The position numbers and the translations under genes are program-made. 64,000 nucleotides of DNA from assembly GCA_008632985.1 (NCBI GenBank), contig QPGO01000256.1, forward strand, positions 1-64,000, in the 5' to 3' direction. Numbering within the stretch: the first letter of the stretch is position 1; each line of letters opens with the position of its first letter. Origin of the DNA: Psammoneis japonica. Its lineage: Eukaryota. Shown here piece after piece: positions 37,668 to 50,922 of this stretch. Below the pieces are notes generated by a model that was not told where the DNA came from, did not search any database, and was given only the letters and a program-made list of their open reading frames with translations.

Positions 37668-39779
37668 GCTACTGTACACTTCTTGTTGTATTGAATTAGT
37701 CGTGAGATTGGGGTAAACAGGAGTATGTCTTGTTGAGGAGAGAGAATTACCAGTCTAGAGAGAATGCGGGAAGTATTATGCAGCCCTGAGATCTCAAAAG
37801 CCGTCGGCCATCAGCGGCAGTTGGGTGTCATGGCGTGATGCGTGATGTGATCTTCATTCTGCGCGATTGGATCTATTCGAAGGGTTCAAATTCTGCTATC
37901 TTTGCCTTTTTGTCCGCGTAATATCTTCAACATGCTGAGTGTTTCCGTGCGGACTTGTCTGTGTACGGTTCGTCTGCTCGTCCATCCGCACGAGGCAAAT
38001 GCACAAAGCTCGGACCTCGACAACGCAGAGACGTCACAGTCGGCAGCACTCGGTTTTTGCGTGCGTTTTGGACGGCTGCCGTAAAGCGTACGTAGGAATT
38101 GGCAACAATTTTGGAAACGGAGAGCTGCCAATGCGTTTGTTCTACATGCAAAATCATGGTGACACAAAAATGACAGCAGTCGTCGAGAAATTGAGCAACG
38201 GTCATGACACACAAAATCTCTCGGACGCATTTTTTTCTTTCGCATTGGTTTTTCATCACAACTCGCAGTCTCTCACAATGCCAAACCGTGGCTGCCCAGG
38301 ATCATGGCTCACCCTTCCTGTGGACAATGGAGAGCTCTCTCTTGTTTGGCACTCCACACCAGCTCGTCATGCTTGATGACGTGTTGTCTCCAGGTGGTGC
38401 AGGTGTTGCCAGCCAAGTCCGGAGGTCGGGGCAAATCGAGCTCATGTCTCCATCCTGGAGTCCATGTTTCTCCAGTTCATCAGCTGTCCCGATTTTGCCA
38501 ACCAGCGAAGTCCCGTCGACTGCCCCTTTTCTGCTCGGCCAGCTGACATGACGACCAACCCTTTGACGGAACCCGCCGCATTTCCCTCTGCAATGCCAAG
38601 TGCAGCTTGTGGTGACATGCCATCAAAAGCGCTGTCAGCTGAACCAAGCAATGTTTGGAAGCACTGTGCAAGATTTACAAGGGAAAACAGAGAGTTGACC
38701 AAAGATTCGCTTCGATGGGATTTGCCATTGCCAGGAGCCACTGCTGGGGCCAAGCCATTTCTTTCCTTGTCATTTTGTGACATCTGCTTTCTCGCAAGTT
38801 GTTTTCTGGCTGCGCTTTCCCCACTCCATCCCCGTCACCTGAAGATGCGCAAAAGCTCAAGCTCCATCTTTTGACGGTGCTTTTGAGGAAATGTCATCCC
38901 ACTCGACCGATTTCAACAGCTGCCTTTGACGTTGGCATGTTTCAATTTGTTTGAAACACGCTTTTGACCTTTGCAACAGAAGTGGAAATGCCAAAAGCAC
39001 AGCATGGCAATGTTTGTTGGCATGTTGTTGATTCCATGTGCGCGTCAATGGCCGCGGTGCTTGCGATGTCATTGCATGCTTTGTTGTCATGGTTTCTGTT
39101 TTTGCACCACACTTCTCTTTTTCTTTCAGGTTGGGTCCACGCTGGGGCATTCGTTGTGGTGCTCCCCCAAGGCTTGTCATTGATGTGCGGTGTTGGACTG
39201 TTTTGGCGCTGATTGCCTGCACATTTTATGGATTCGTCACGTTCACTTGTTGTCAGGGAGTTTCAAGTGTTCTGCGAAACAGCGGAGCTCTAGAGCAGAA
39301 GAGTGCATCTTGTTTTGTGTGAGTGGAGCTTGTCAGCTGTTCCATTGTTGTGTCAGTTGCTGGTGGTGGCCTTGTTGGGAGTGCGACAAAAGAGTGCTCC
39401 CGTTGTGAAACGAATTCATGCGGGCCGTCTCGGCTCAGTTGTCTTTCGACAATCTCAACTGTGTGGGGTTTTGTCTGATGAGTGCACTCCAATCTCCGAA
39501 CTGTCCATCGAGAAGCAGCAGCTTGTTCTTGTTGTTGTTCATTCGAACGTCACTCACTGGCTTGTCTCCTGCAAATGTGCATCCAATGCGCACTTGCGGA
39601 AAGACACCAGACTGGTTGAATGCCTGTGAGGACCAAAAGGACCAGCATGCTGGAAGCAAATGAGACAACCACGTGGGGTGCTGCGGACGATTCCGGGTTT
39701 GCATTGGGGTGCGCCGTGGGTGATGGAGAGGGGCTTTCGCCAGGCTGCTGCTCTCCAGGTGTAGACGTCTCTCCATTGC

Positions 39780-41320
39780 CTTCGGGAACGGGTTCTGGGA
39801 TTGGATCTTGAGGCGCATTCTCAAACAAATCAAACGCAGTAAATGCGGAATCAAAATTGCCGCGATTCGGGCAGATGTTGTCAAAATCTTCAGCCTTGCT
39901 GATGCCGGTCCATTGCGCAACTGTTCTCAGACATGTCCGAAGGATGCTCTCCCAAGATTCTGCCACCCTTGACGGCTCCGCCAGCCACAAAGTGGTTGCC
40001 GCCCCAGGCATGATCCGTGCCATCGCCAGAGTTTTGAGAGAGTGTCCGACCAAATTCCGACGTTTGTAATGTGACCACATTGTCCCACAAATCCATGGAT
40101 TTCAGTTCCTTGACGAGACCTTGAATGCCAGAGTTAACCATGCTAAATAAATTTTTCAAATTCACCTCGACATCTGAGTGCGCATCAAAGCCACCCAGTT
40201 CTCTACAAAGAAAAATTCAGCATCTGTTCCACGCGTGTGTCGAGTCTGCATCATCTTTGAAACAATGTCGAATTTCCGTCCCAACTCGGTGTCACCAAAA
40301 TCGGATGTTACTTCGGCACCCTCGAGTGCCGCGTGGAGCTCTTCATTTTGAAAGAGCGATTCAATCAAACATTTTGACCATGTCTTGGCCATAAAGCCGC
40401 CATCCAGGGCAGTGGCATTGTTGAGATTTTTGATTGCAGCAATCATTTCGGATCTGCTCATGGTGGCTGCATCTTGTGGCATGAACTGGCAGACTCCATT
40501 CTGACTGACAACGTACGGGGTTGGTGATTGACCAGGGATCCCAGCCAAGACACTGGATGTTGCATCCAAAGTGGCAGAAGCAGCAGTTACACCACTTTTC
40601 CCCAGTGCATCAGTCAAACGTCCCAGCACACCCACGCCAGCGGATTCTCTGAAAACATCTAAAGCTCATGTCTCGCATTGCACAGTGTTGTGAGCAAACA
40701 GTTGCGTCGGTGTGTTGAATCTGTGGTTTGACTTTGTAGAGCTCTTGGGAGACGAGGTCTCCGTGTTGTACAGGTCTTGAACAATGGGCAGCTCTTCGTG
40801 GACACCAAAGGTGCTGCAGCCCACCTGCCCGCTGGCGTCAATTGGAAGAAGGTTCTCCGGCAAGAGATGCACGGGGTTTTGACTTTCAGCATGATGTGTG
40901 CATGCGTCGACGCCGCCATCATCCGCAGAGCATTCGTTGGGGACGAGCATGTTGAAAGAATTGCATCCTCCCACCAGCATGAGAACAACAACTGCCTTGA
41001 ACTCATTCACACTGGGCGGGGGAGGAAGGATCTCTGGCAGAGATTCCGCTGTCTGCTTTGCTGCATTGGTTGTGTGGCATTCCCCAGCAGTGGTGATCAA
41101 TTGTTGTGCCACACGCAAGCCAGCACGTGCATCAACGTCAACCACCGCAGCATCGAAAGCAGCAGCAATGTGTTTCCTGTTCTCGGTGCTGAGCCTTCCT
41201 GATGTCAGAAGAGTGGCAAGCTCATCGACAATTGCTTCGGAAGTTTCACCCGAGGGTTCACACATCAACATTCCTGAAGCTCTGCTAAACTTCCCGTTGT
41301 CCCGGCAGCCTCCGCACAAT
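39780..41320 (-). pseudogene. DUF1501-family gene remnant, frameshifted
   Basis: 'IVDELATLLTSGRLS', 'KAVVVLMLVGGCNSFNMLVP', 'GVLGRLTDAL' and 'SEFGRTLSQNSGDGTDHAWGGNHFVAGGAVKGGRILGEHP' are spread over at least three frames. Confidence 0.8.
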
Positions 41321-43046
41321 GCGAAGCATGGTCAGTGGCATCATTGTCATGTGGGCTCTGAACAACCGTGCTCACATCATGGCCAATCGCATCCTCTCCA
41401 ATGCATCCAGAAGTTCCATGATTGTTCATTTTACTGTTGTGGCACAAAATGTCTTGCAGCAAGCCAAAGTGATTTTTCTGGTCCTTCACAATGTCATAAA
41501 ATGCAGTTCGTGGTGACACCCGTTCTCCTTTTTCTAGTCTTTCGTGGTGCCTGAAACGACGTGTTGGGCACACAGCTGCCAGCTTGCCAGGGTCTAGACA
41601 CCAGTCTGCATGAAATTGAGAGAGTGCGCAAATGCAACTTCCACACATTCAGCCTCCCTGTCCTCCACCCATTGCATGAACCACTGTGAGAGCCATGTGC
41701 ATGGAACTTCCTTGTGTCCGTTCTGCCTTTTTTCGCTTGCTGTGCAATTCTGCCAAAACTCTTTCTTCCGCGTGTGTTTCTCCTTGACCTTTTCGACTGA
41801 TTCGAATTGCTTCATGTGCAAGCATGCTTTCTTTGCCAGATGCATCTGTTTCTAAAATTTCAGCACCAGCCCAAAAACCTCCCGATTGAAATCCCGTGTA
41901 TCCACTGTTCCAATGCACACTGAAAGGGCCATCAAAGAGAGAAGACTGTCAAGAAAGACATTCAGACTTGGTTCCTTTTTAGTTGAATTTTTAGTCGAAA
42001 GAACTTTGCCCTTCGAGGGTGCAATCAGAGTCGCTTTCCAGGCATCTTGTTTCCTTTCCAAGAACTCAACAAATCCCTCTGTCAATCTGAATCCTGAGCC
42101 TTGGGAGCAAGGACTCAGAACCATGTCTTTGTAAATGGAGTGGCACTCTGCTTGCAAAACATGGTTTTCAATGTCGCCTTTGGCATTCTTGCAAATCCAG
42201 AATTTCTGCCATGGGTTTTCTCCAGAAAAAAACATCTTTTCATCCCCAGTGTCATGCCAGGCATGTTCACACACACCTTGAATCTTGTCTTTTGAATTGG
42301 TGCCAAGCATCCAAAGGTCACGTGGTTCTGGGTTTCCGTTTTCATCTACATTTTCAGCTTCTTGCATTGCAACTTGCCAATCATTTGCCACAAAGGCACT
42401 CTCAAAACTTTCACAGTTTTTGTTGTTTGGAAAGACAATGCAGGCCTTGATGGATCCCTCTGCAGCATCAGAAGGAACATTGTTCCTGGCTTGTTGGAGA
42501 ACCTCTTCAAAGGTGACGGAACTCCTGCTGGCATTTGATGACTCCAGTTTGGCATCCTCTTGTTGTTGTTCCTTTCGAGACTTTGACTGTTGCAGTTTCT
42601 TCTTTCTCGGCATCATTTTTGCATCACAAGAACCACTCCTTTTGGTTGCGTTTGAGTGTTCCCTGCTGGCTTCAGGCACTCTTTGATTGGCATCCCTTGT
42701 GGAAGCATCCCGACATCGAGGGGGGAGTTCAATGCCAGGCAACCAGAGCGCTGTCCACCCACTCGGTTTGTTGGGTGGAGGACCACTCTACAAAGCTTTC
42801 CTCTCCATCTTCTTTGAGAAGAAAAGCCTGATGCTCTGTCTTTCCCTGTGGCACCCACACAAATTTCTTCTTGCTGCTCATGGGTTTTTGTTCTTCACAC
42901 ATGTGTGCACCAATGGCCGATTGTTTTGTTGATTTGTTGTTTGTGTTCCAGCTTTGACTTCAAGGTGCGTGGTGTGTTGGAGGGCACACTCATGGCCCAA
43001 TTTGGAGCGATGGACCTTCTTTTTCCACACATGCAACACAATGCTG

Positions 43047-43950
43047 CACTCAGCACCTTAAAAAATCCAGCACCCAAAAGGCCAGAAAAGTCAGCACCTT
43101 TGTTCATTTTCAGCACCTTTTAAAAACGGCTTAAAAATCCAGCACCTTTTCAAAAACAAAGTGTCTTCAAACACCTTGTTTTTCACATGCGCATTGCATG
43201 AATTGACCAAAACAAGCCATGTTTTCACTGCGCTGTGAGGCGGGTTCCATCCTGGCAGGTGGGGCTCCGTGTGACATTGGGCCCGTAGAATTCTGTGTGC
43301 GAGCTCTGCAGCAAATTTGTCAAGCAATGAAAACACAAATGATCGCCAACAGAAAAAGAGGCAATTTTACGATGCATCTTTTCCTTCACACTTGCAGCAC
43401 ATCATCTCAACAGTTTGCCAGAGCATGTTCTGCAGACATCAAAGAATGTGCCCAGAGCATTTTCAATCTCACAAATGATGAAAATGGAAAGCTTTTGGTT
43501 TCACAAAATGGGAAGCATGAGATAATTTTGTAGAATGTCACACGCAAAAACCTGCGTGCGTGACATGCGGCATGGTCCAAAAAACTCTTGATGTCACAGT
43601 GCAGTGGTGCGAGGTCCCACCCAGAGAGCTGGAATGCATCGTGAGTCATTTGTGGAAAAAAGCCATGAGTGGCAACTGCCATTCGTTAAGTGCAATTGAG
43701 GTGTTTTGGCACCCAAGTCTCTTCTTGAGTTTGTCGGAAACAATGCGTGGGATGATCTTGCAAAGCAACCTCCGTGCTGGAGCATCTCAACAGCAAGCAG
43801 TGTTTGCACCATTTTCACAATTTCCATTGGGTGCTGAGCACAGGCGGTGGCCTCGAATTTGCAGGAATGCAGAAAATTTTCAAGGTGCTGGAAATTAAAA
43901 AACAAGGTGCTGGTTTTCTTTTGAAGTGCTGGTTTTTAAGGTGCCAAGTG
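43047..43950. mobile_element. Eroded TIR element (~900 bp), possibly Tc1/mariner-type
   Basis: Left end CACTcaGCACCTTAAAAAatCCAGCAC matches the reverse complement of the right end CACTtgGCACCTTAAAAACCAGCAC. Subterminal CAGCACC repeats occur at both ends. Flanks are TG and CA. Confidence 0.7.
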
Positions 43951-46900
43951 CAAATTTGTTTGCACAACAGCAGCCACTGCATCAAGAACAGAAGGTCGTT
44001 CAACAGCTTTCATTTTCAACAGCTTTCATTTTCAACAGCTCACAATTTTTCAATTTTCCCATGCTCAGCTGTGTTGTCTCATGTTGCCTGTTGTCAGGTC
44101 AGCGTCAATGAGGGTGTGGCCCAACAGCATGTCTCCCACTTGTGCATCAATGGAGGAGGGTGCCGCTGGGGTGCTTTCTGCCACCAGCAAGGCACCATCT
44201 GCACCTGCTCTTCCAGTGATGCTGCTGCTGCTGAAGCCACCATTTCCAAAAGTGCTGGAGGCCAAGGCTGCTGAAAAGGTGGGAGTGCCCTTGCTCAGCT
44301 CATCTTGCAACTCAGCTGAAGAGCTCACAGAGGGGGCTGAACCTTGCCGCCAAGTGCCGCCATGCAATGGCAAGCAGGGGTGGCATCACACATTTGCAAG
44401 CTCCTGAAATGACAGCTTCTTTCAAGGAAAAATTGCTGGTGAAGCCAAACGCCCCAGCTGGAAAGCAAGAGTGGTGGATGGCAACAGGAGTGCACAAATT
44501 GTCCTGAAAAGGCACAACCTGAAAGCTGTGGAAGAGACAAAAGGCAAATTGTGCTGCTGGTGCTGGTGTCATCATCCTGACTCACAGATGACCAGGACAA
44601 GACCTTCAGCCTTGCACGTGGGCACCCCCAGCCACCTCCAAAAGAGGTGCTCAGCCATGAGAGGGAGCCCTGTCTTCAGCTGCACATCATGGCAAGTTTC
44701 CAGCCAAGGTGGCATGCACCACCATTGAAGCCAAAGGTTGTTCACTCACCATGTGTTGCTTCTGAACAGGGGCCCCTGGAGGGGGCACATCAAAGCTGGA
44801 CATCCCCAGCACAAGCAGGCTGGCCTCTGGTGGTCTTCACCCTTTTGGATTTTCATCTGACCCAGGAAGAGCAGAGGGGCACCAGTTGACCCCATTGACA
44901 TTCCCACCTGTCTGAGGGAGAGCAAGGCAGATCAATTGAGTGGGTTTTGTGCCAGACAACAAAAGAGACAATTGGGCAGAGCATGTTGAAAACCAAGAAA
45001 TTTTTTTGTTGGCTTGAGAAAAGGGCTGCTCAAAGAATTGAGAAGTTTCCTTTGGGCAGGCTGGTTTGAAATGCTTGCGGTCATTGTCGGGTGTCAATGT
45101 GGCTTCTTTCTCATGTGCCATCATCCCTGTTGCTTTGTCAGAAGGGTCTCAATCATGTTGGACCAGATGGGCAGAGATGGTGTCAAGAGCAGTTGGTCCA
45201 GCAGCTGGTCCCTTCTTTCTTTCAGAAAAGAAGGAGAGCTGGATTGTGCTGGCATGCAAGCGAGACCATTGATGACACAAGACGAGCACTGCTGGATCAC
45301 TGATGAACTCATTTCCAGTCCAAGGGAGGACAATCTCCCACTGTTGGAAGCACATGCTTTCCTCATCAGGCAAGTCATTCTCTTGCCAAGTTTCACAGAT
45401 GGGAAAAGCCTTGCCACTTTGTGAACTCAGAGGAGCCTGACAATGGAGAGCTGTGCCCTCCCCACTGCCACTTTATTTTCATTGCTGATTCTTCCAGGCC
45501 ACTTGCTTGGAATCTGTTTTTGAACAAATTTGGCTTGACAGGGTGGCTGCTGAAATTTGCACTGTTGGCCCCGAAGTGTTGTGGAACACCTCAGCACTGC
45601 AGTCATGACAATGAGCACAGCACCAACCACAGCATTTGCTGCATGACAACAGTGCAGGACACTGCAGGACACTGCACCACTGCAGACCTTGACAAGGCAA
45701 AAGTCCATGGGGAAAGTCCTCCTTCATGAAGAGAGCTGCAAAGCAGGTTTTGTGCTGCTGGTGCCAGCCCAAGTGGAGGTCTCTGCCTTCTTTGCACAGC
45801 TTGGTGAGAGGAGGATGGGGATGACTTGCACCTCATCAATCTGGGGTTGTCATCATGAGATCTACAGTTTGTTGTGGTGAGGTGTTGATGAGTTGTGCAA
45901 ACTGAAGACATGCCTCATGACGTGTGGAGCAGTGGTCAATTTGTTGCACAAGACAAGACACTGTGAGATTGCTTGCAGCACCTGTTTGTGTGTGTCATGC
46001 ACCAACATTGGCTCCGTCTTGGCAAGCACCTGCAATCTGTCTCTGTGCCTTTTTTCTGCAGCGCAGGTCCACGCTTTTCTGTGATGAGTTGTCAGCCAGA
46101 CATGCCACAGGAGCCAAAGATGCACCTCAGTGTGTGCCTCAAGATGCGCTTCATGCAGCAATCTCAGCAAGAGCATTTTTTTTTCAATGGTTGCCAACAA
46201 TGCCCCCCTCTTCTCCCATCCAAAGTTGCTGTGGTCTTTGCCACCCTGGCTGCTCATGTCATTTTGTGCCCAGTTCTCAGGCACTCCAATGGCACCAGTG
46301 TCAGCATTTGTCATTGTCTCACCCACAATGTGTGTTCAACAATGCAGGTTGAGAGTCATCTCCTTTCTCCAGTCTGACACTGCTGCTGGTGCTGAGCCAG
46401 TGATTTTTTCCTCCTCAACTGCTCAAGAAAGTGGTTTGGCTTCATGAGCCAGTTGCTCTGGGTGCAGCCAAGCAGAAAAGAAATTTGGATTTAGCCAGCT
46501 TGCATCTTGTCACATTGTTTTGCAAAAGTGCACTTGACCATGTGGACATGGGTGTGTGCTTTGGGTGGGCACTTGCATTTGAAAACCTGAGCAGAGAAAG
46601 TGCAAATGGCTGAGCTGTGCAGTGTTGCATGCTGCCAACACAGCAGATGCCATGGCAACCAGTGCTCACTGAGATGACACCTGTGCCAATGCAATTATGA
46701 TCATGGCTGTTGGGAGAGTGCAGGGGATGGCTGAGACTGCAAATTGGAGCTGCCCAAAGAACATGGTTTGCACATCACATGGATTGCACACAGCCGATGG
46801 TCACAGCACCACAGACATCACATTGCATCCCCTCTGCCACTTCATTCTCAGGTGCTGACAAAATTACAAAAGTTGAGTCATCACTCTGCTCCTTGCACCC

Positions 46901-47799
46901 AGCTTGTTTTTAAAGGAGCACTGGTGCTGTGGATGCACTGCTCAGAGATCTGCTGTCCTGGCTTTCCAAGTCGCAGCAAATCATGTGTCTGCTGGCACAA
47001 TGTTGCTGTGTGTCAGAATTGACAAGAGCCAACCACCTGCAAGTCACCTTGCTTGTTGCATGTCCACCAATCCACACCTCCTTTTGTGGGTCATTGCAAG
47101 GACTGGAGTGAACATGAGAGCTGTTCTTCTGTTCTGGCTTGATCAATGGCCAGATTTGTTTTTGGAGCATGAGCTCCTCTGGCCTGCCCCAAAGTGTCAC
47201 CACCAGTTAAGTGTGTTCAGCACTTGGTCCAGCAGAACTTGTCAACAAACAAAAAGCAATTGTGTGGCCTGAGTTTGCAGTGAGCACAGAGCAAAGTGAC
47301 AAGAGTGCAAGGTTCAAAGATGTGAGAGCATGGTTTTGCAATGTCACTCAGCACAATGCATCACTTCCTTGACATCATCCATCCACATCATGGACAGAGC
47401 AAAGTGACAAAGAGTGTGAGGTTCAAAGATGTGGGAAATCACTTCTTTGACATCATCCATCCACATGGATTGCAGTTGGGGTCCCAACAACTGCCACCAA
47501 GAGAGGCAGCTGTTCGACAGCACACCCAAAGAGCCTCTCTGGAGCACACCAGAGCAATTGAGAGAATGGCTCAATGGTGTCGACAGGGCAAAAGATGCTT
47601 GCTCAACAAGGTGAGCAACAATGCCACAAGCAGAAATTCATGCTGGACTGACTGCGAGGTGTGAACAATGATGTTTGACATTTGTGCTGTGGGGTTGAGA
47701 AGCTGCTTTCATTGAGTTTATGAGGTTGATCCAAACCAGTCAGGTGACCTCTTCTAGGGTGACAATGAGCAACCAAAAAGCCATTTGGTGGTGCCATGA

Positions 47800-48500
47800 G
47801 TGGCAATTTATGAGTCATTCATTTGTTTGCACTGTGGGTCACAGGGTGTCATTGGTGTGCACCAGCTCATGCATTTTGGGCCAGAGTGCTGCCTGAAATG
47901 TTTTGCCATCGTAGGTTGGTGTTTGCATTGCCAGATCATCTGCAACCATTGTGCAATCCTGCGTGCACTTTGCAGCAAACTTGACAACTCCATCCCTGCC
48001 TTCATTCTTGGGTTGGCGTTTGCATTGCCAGATCTTCTGCAACCACTGTGCACTCCTGCAACCCCACATGGCAGCAGATTTGACAACTCCATCCCTGATG
48101 AAGGCTGGCAGCATGAGCTGGGTAATGTGCTTGCACAGCATGTTGTGGCGAGTGCCTCCTCATTGTGGAAATTCTCTGTGCAGAGGCTTGACTTTACAGG
48201 ATGATTTGCAGTGAACAGGTTTGGGCGTGCATGCCCACAGCAGTTGATCATTGCTCCATTGATTCTTGGGTGGAGTTGGCCTCTGCAGCAACCGGTGTGT
48301 GGAGCGTGTGAACTGGATCTGCGTTGTTCGCCATGTTGAAAGTTGTGCCGCACATTGTGTGATGTGCAACATTCCCAAATGCCACTCCATCAACAGCTGG
48401 CACATTTTGATGTTTCTGACATTGGCATTGACAACTGTGTTGATGAGCACCTGAGTGCAGGTTGGGTGAGTCAACAAGTTAAGTTCAGACAAGATCCTGA
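47800..48500 (-). mobile_element. Probable copia RT/RNase H C-terminal remnant with internal tandem duplication
   Basis: 'RDGVVKFAAKCTQDCTMVADDL' resembles the copia RNase H end (G.V.L....T..MVAD.LTK). The segment is duplicated at ~47921-48098. Confidence 0.45.
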
Positions 48501-49815
48501 ATTTTGCTTGCGTTGTCACCATCGGTGTGCCCAGGTGCATGTTCAACAACTCACGCTTGGCCTGCCAAGCACCTCCACCTTTGTGAACGGTGTGCTGTGA
48601 GTCATTGAGTGCAGTGCTCTTGACCTCTTGGGAATTGTTTGGTCCAGAGGGGCTCAGGCAGAGCAGCACTTCATGCAGGTTCGATCCATCCACTCATTGG
48701 GCTGAAGGCTGAGGCATCCATTGATCACAGGTTCCTCCTGTCTTTCCTTGCTTGTTGTCTGCCAACAAGTGGGGAATGGTGCCCTGTTGTCCATGGTGAT
48801 CTCAGGTTGCAACGAGCATGGAGGGCATTGTTCTCCTGGTGGGTTCACTCTGGGCAGGATTCCAGCATGGTGTGTGTGGTGCCGTGAGCACAGAGAACAA
48901 GTTGTGCAAGTGATCACCATCCGATGCCATGGCACCCGCTGCTCAATGAGATGACCTTTGCCAATGTGATGAGGATGGTTGTTGTGAGAGTGCAAGGGGT
49001 GCATAAGACCAGAGCCACCCAGAATTTGCACTTTTTGGGTGGATGTCAAATGACTTGCCCCCTGGGATAAGAAGCAGAAAGAGGTGTGGAGGAATCGTGA
49101 AAAAAAAAAAAAGTTCTCAGATCTTTCACTGCACTAAGTCTGAAAAGGAATGGTTCTGCAATCCTGTAAGAATAGTTGATAGATCTCCTGTGCTTTACAA
49201 ACGATTGTCAGAAGTTGATGTGTGCTGTGCCTGCCTGGTGCGGCACACACGCCTGAGAGGCTGCAAAAACCGCGCCCCGTCTTTGTATCTTTCGCTTAAA
49301 ATTTGACTTGCCTCGCTCTTCTGGCAAAGCAACTCAAAAAGGCTACTTAACCCTGCTTCGCTTACACTAATCATGGTGCCGATAGAACAAAATTGCATCT
49401 ACAAGAAAGATAAAAATGATTAAACATCAACTAAGCGTACACAAAGAGCAATGCGAAGCCGTCTTGACGGAAAAGCGGACTGTCGCCAATTCGTTTCTCG
49501 GAAAGCCACATTCTCGGAAAACATGTCCGCGGACCCCGCTGCAAATATCGCAGTGCATGAAACGAAAGTGAGAAGACTAGCTACAAAGCATGAAGTAGGA
49601 CCAGATATCAATTTCGCATCAACACATAAAATTCTTGTTAATTAAGAATGTAGTCATCTAAAACCTTAAACAGATCATTGTCAATGTGCAGAATGGCTTG
49701 AGGGCATACAAAGGAGACATGGCGCTGTTGAATAATGTAAAGAGAGAACAACATTTATCAAAATGCTTGTTGCTGTTCTCTTGACATGAAGACGAGTAGT
49801 TCATATTGTTCTTGT

Positions 49816-50922
49816 CTAAGCACGACGGAGCTGCTGGTTGTTTGCAACGTTATCACCATTGTTAAGCTCCCGAGATCCGTGAGCGTAGAGGTCGTCGTTC
49901 ATGTTGTCGGCCTGGGACCTCATGTCGAAGCACATCTTCTCAAAGCTCGAAGCAGAAATGAGGTGGCACTTTCGGTCAACCTGCCACGTGATGGGCGTAA
50001 AGGGGGAGCAGATGTCGTTGTCACGGGCGGTACCAGTGGTGGAACCCGTGTACGTAGCAATGTCAGTTCCCTTCTCGCCATCGACAATCATGCCGCGGAA
50101 GAGGTCGGGGTAGTAGTAGTCCTCGTCGTTGACAATGGTAAAGACTTGGGACTGGACACCAATCTGCTGAGCAGTGTCGGTAATAACGTCGTCCCTGCAA
50201 AACACACCGTCGTAAAAGGGAGTCTGGTACTGGAAAGGTGTACCGCAGGCACCCGCAGCAGAGTGGGGCCAGTGAACCTCGTAGGTTTGGCCCACCATCA
50301 TACCGATGCAGTGCTGCCAATTAAAGGGAGTCGTAAACTTGGGGTCATTCTTGTCGTAGTACCTGCACTGAAATCCTTGACGGCCTTCGTGGAAATCGAG
50401 GGGACCGGTGCCAAACTGGTCATACTGACCCATGGAGTAGTGCTCGGCACCGAGATGCCAGTGGACATTGACGGGGCACAAGCCAGCTTCGAAGTAGGAG
50501 GTGGTGATGGGTTCAGCGGTGGTGTTACGGTTTCCTTTGTAGCCCTTGGTGACGTTCGCGCCGGATTGTTCTCCGGTTTGGGTCATCTCGTCGATGACAC
50601 AAGCAACATTGGGCAAATCAGGACGCTTGCCCTGGCAGGGGTTGGGTCCTTGAACTGTAGAAGCCTCGACCTCCTTGTTCTTGTTCTTGTTCTCGTCCTG
50701 GATGTTGTTGCGGTCAACAGCGAGGTAGATGGTGGATATGAGGAGGCCAACGGCACACGCTCCGAGGAAGGCAATCAGAAGCTTCATCCTCTTGATCGCA
50801 ATGTTGGGCATGACGGTGACGTCGGAAGAAGCACGGCTGCTGGCGGCGGTAGCATCGTCTTGAGGAGCCTTCTGGGTATCGGCGGCGCCGGTTTCAACTT
50901 CGGTGCTGGCTTTGTTGGACAT
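49816..50922 (-). CDS. Delta-class carbonic anhydrase with N-terminal transmembrane anchor (368 aa)
   Basis: Motifs LCPVNVHWHLGAEH, GQTYEVHWPHSAAGACG, QYQTPFYDGVFC, YTGSTTG and PITWQVDR. Hydrophobic helix LLIAFLGACAVGLLISTIYLAV. Confidence 0.93.
   Translation of the reverse strand: MSNKASTEVETGAADTQKAPQDDATAASSRASSDVTVMPNIAIKRMKLLIAFLGACAVGLLISTIYLAVDRNNIQDENKNKNKEVEASTVQGPNPCQGKRPDLPNVACVIDEMTQTGEQSGANVTKGYKGNRNTTAEPITTSYFEAGLCPVNVHWHLGAEHYSMGQYDQFGTGPLDFHEGRQGFQCRYYDKNDPKFTTPFNWQHCIGMMVGQTYEVHWPHSAAGACGTPFQYQTPFYDGVFCRDDVITDTAQQIGVQSQVFTIVNDEDYYYPDLFRGMIVDGEKGTDIATYTGSTTGTARDNDICSPFTPITWQVDRKCHLISASSFEKMCFDMRSQADNMNDDLYAHGSRELNNGDNVANNQQLRRA

Larger units (their letters stand above)
38150..49050. 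repeat. TpA-eroded degenerate block D (CpG partly retained at ~38.2-43 kb, lost at ~44-49 kb)
   Basis: Dinucleotide pattern read directly. Contains a DUF1501 remnant, a TIR element and a copia RT/RNase H remnant. Confidence 0.85.

Noticed and set aside
49070..49402. Polypurine tract followed by a TG...CA LTR
   Set aside because: Orientation conflicts with the nearby minus-strand copia remnant, and no second LTR copy is present.
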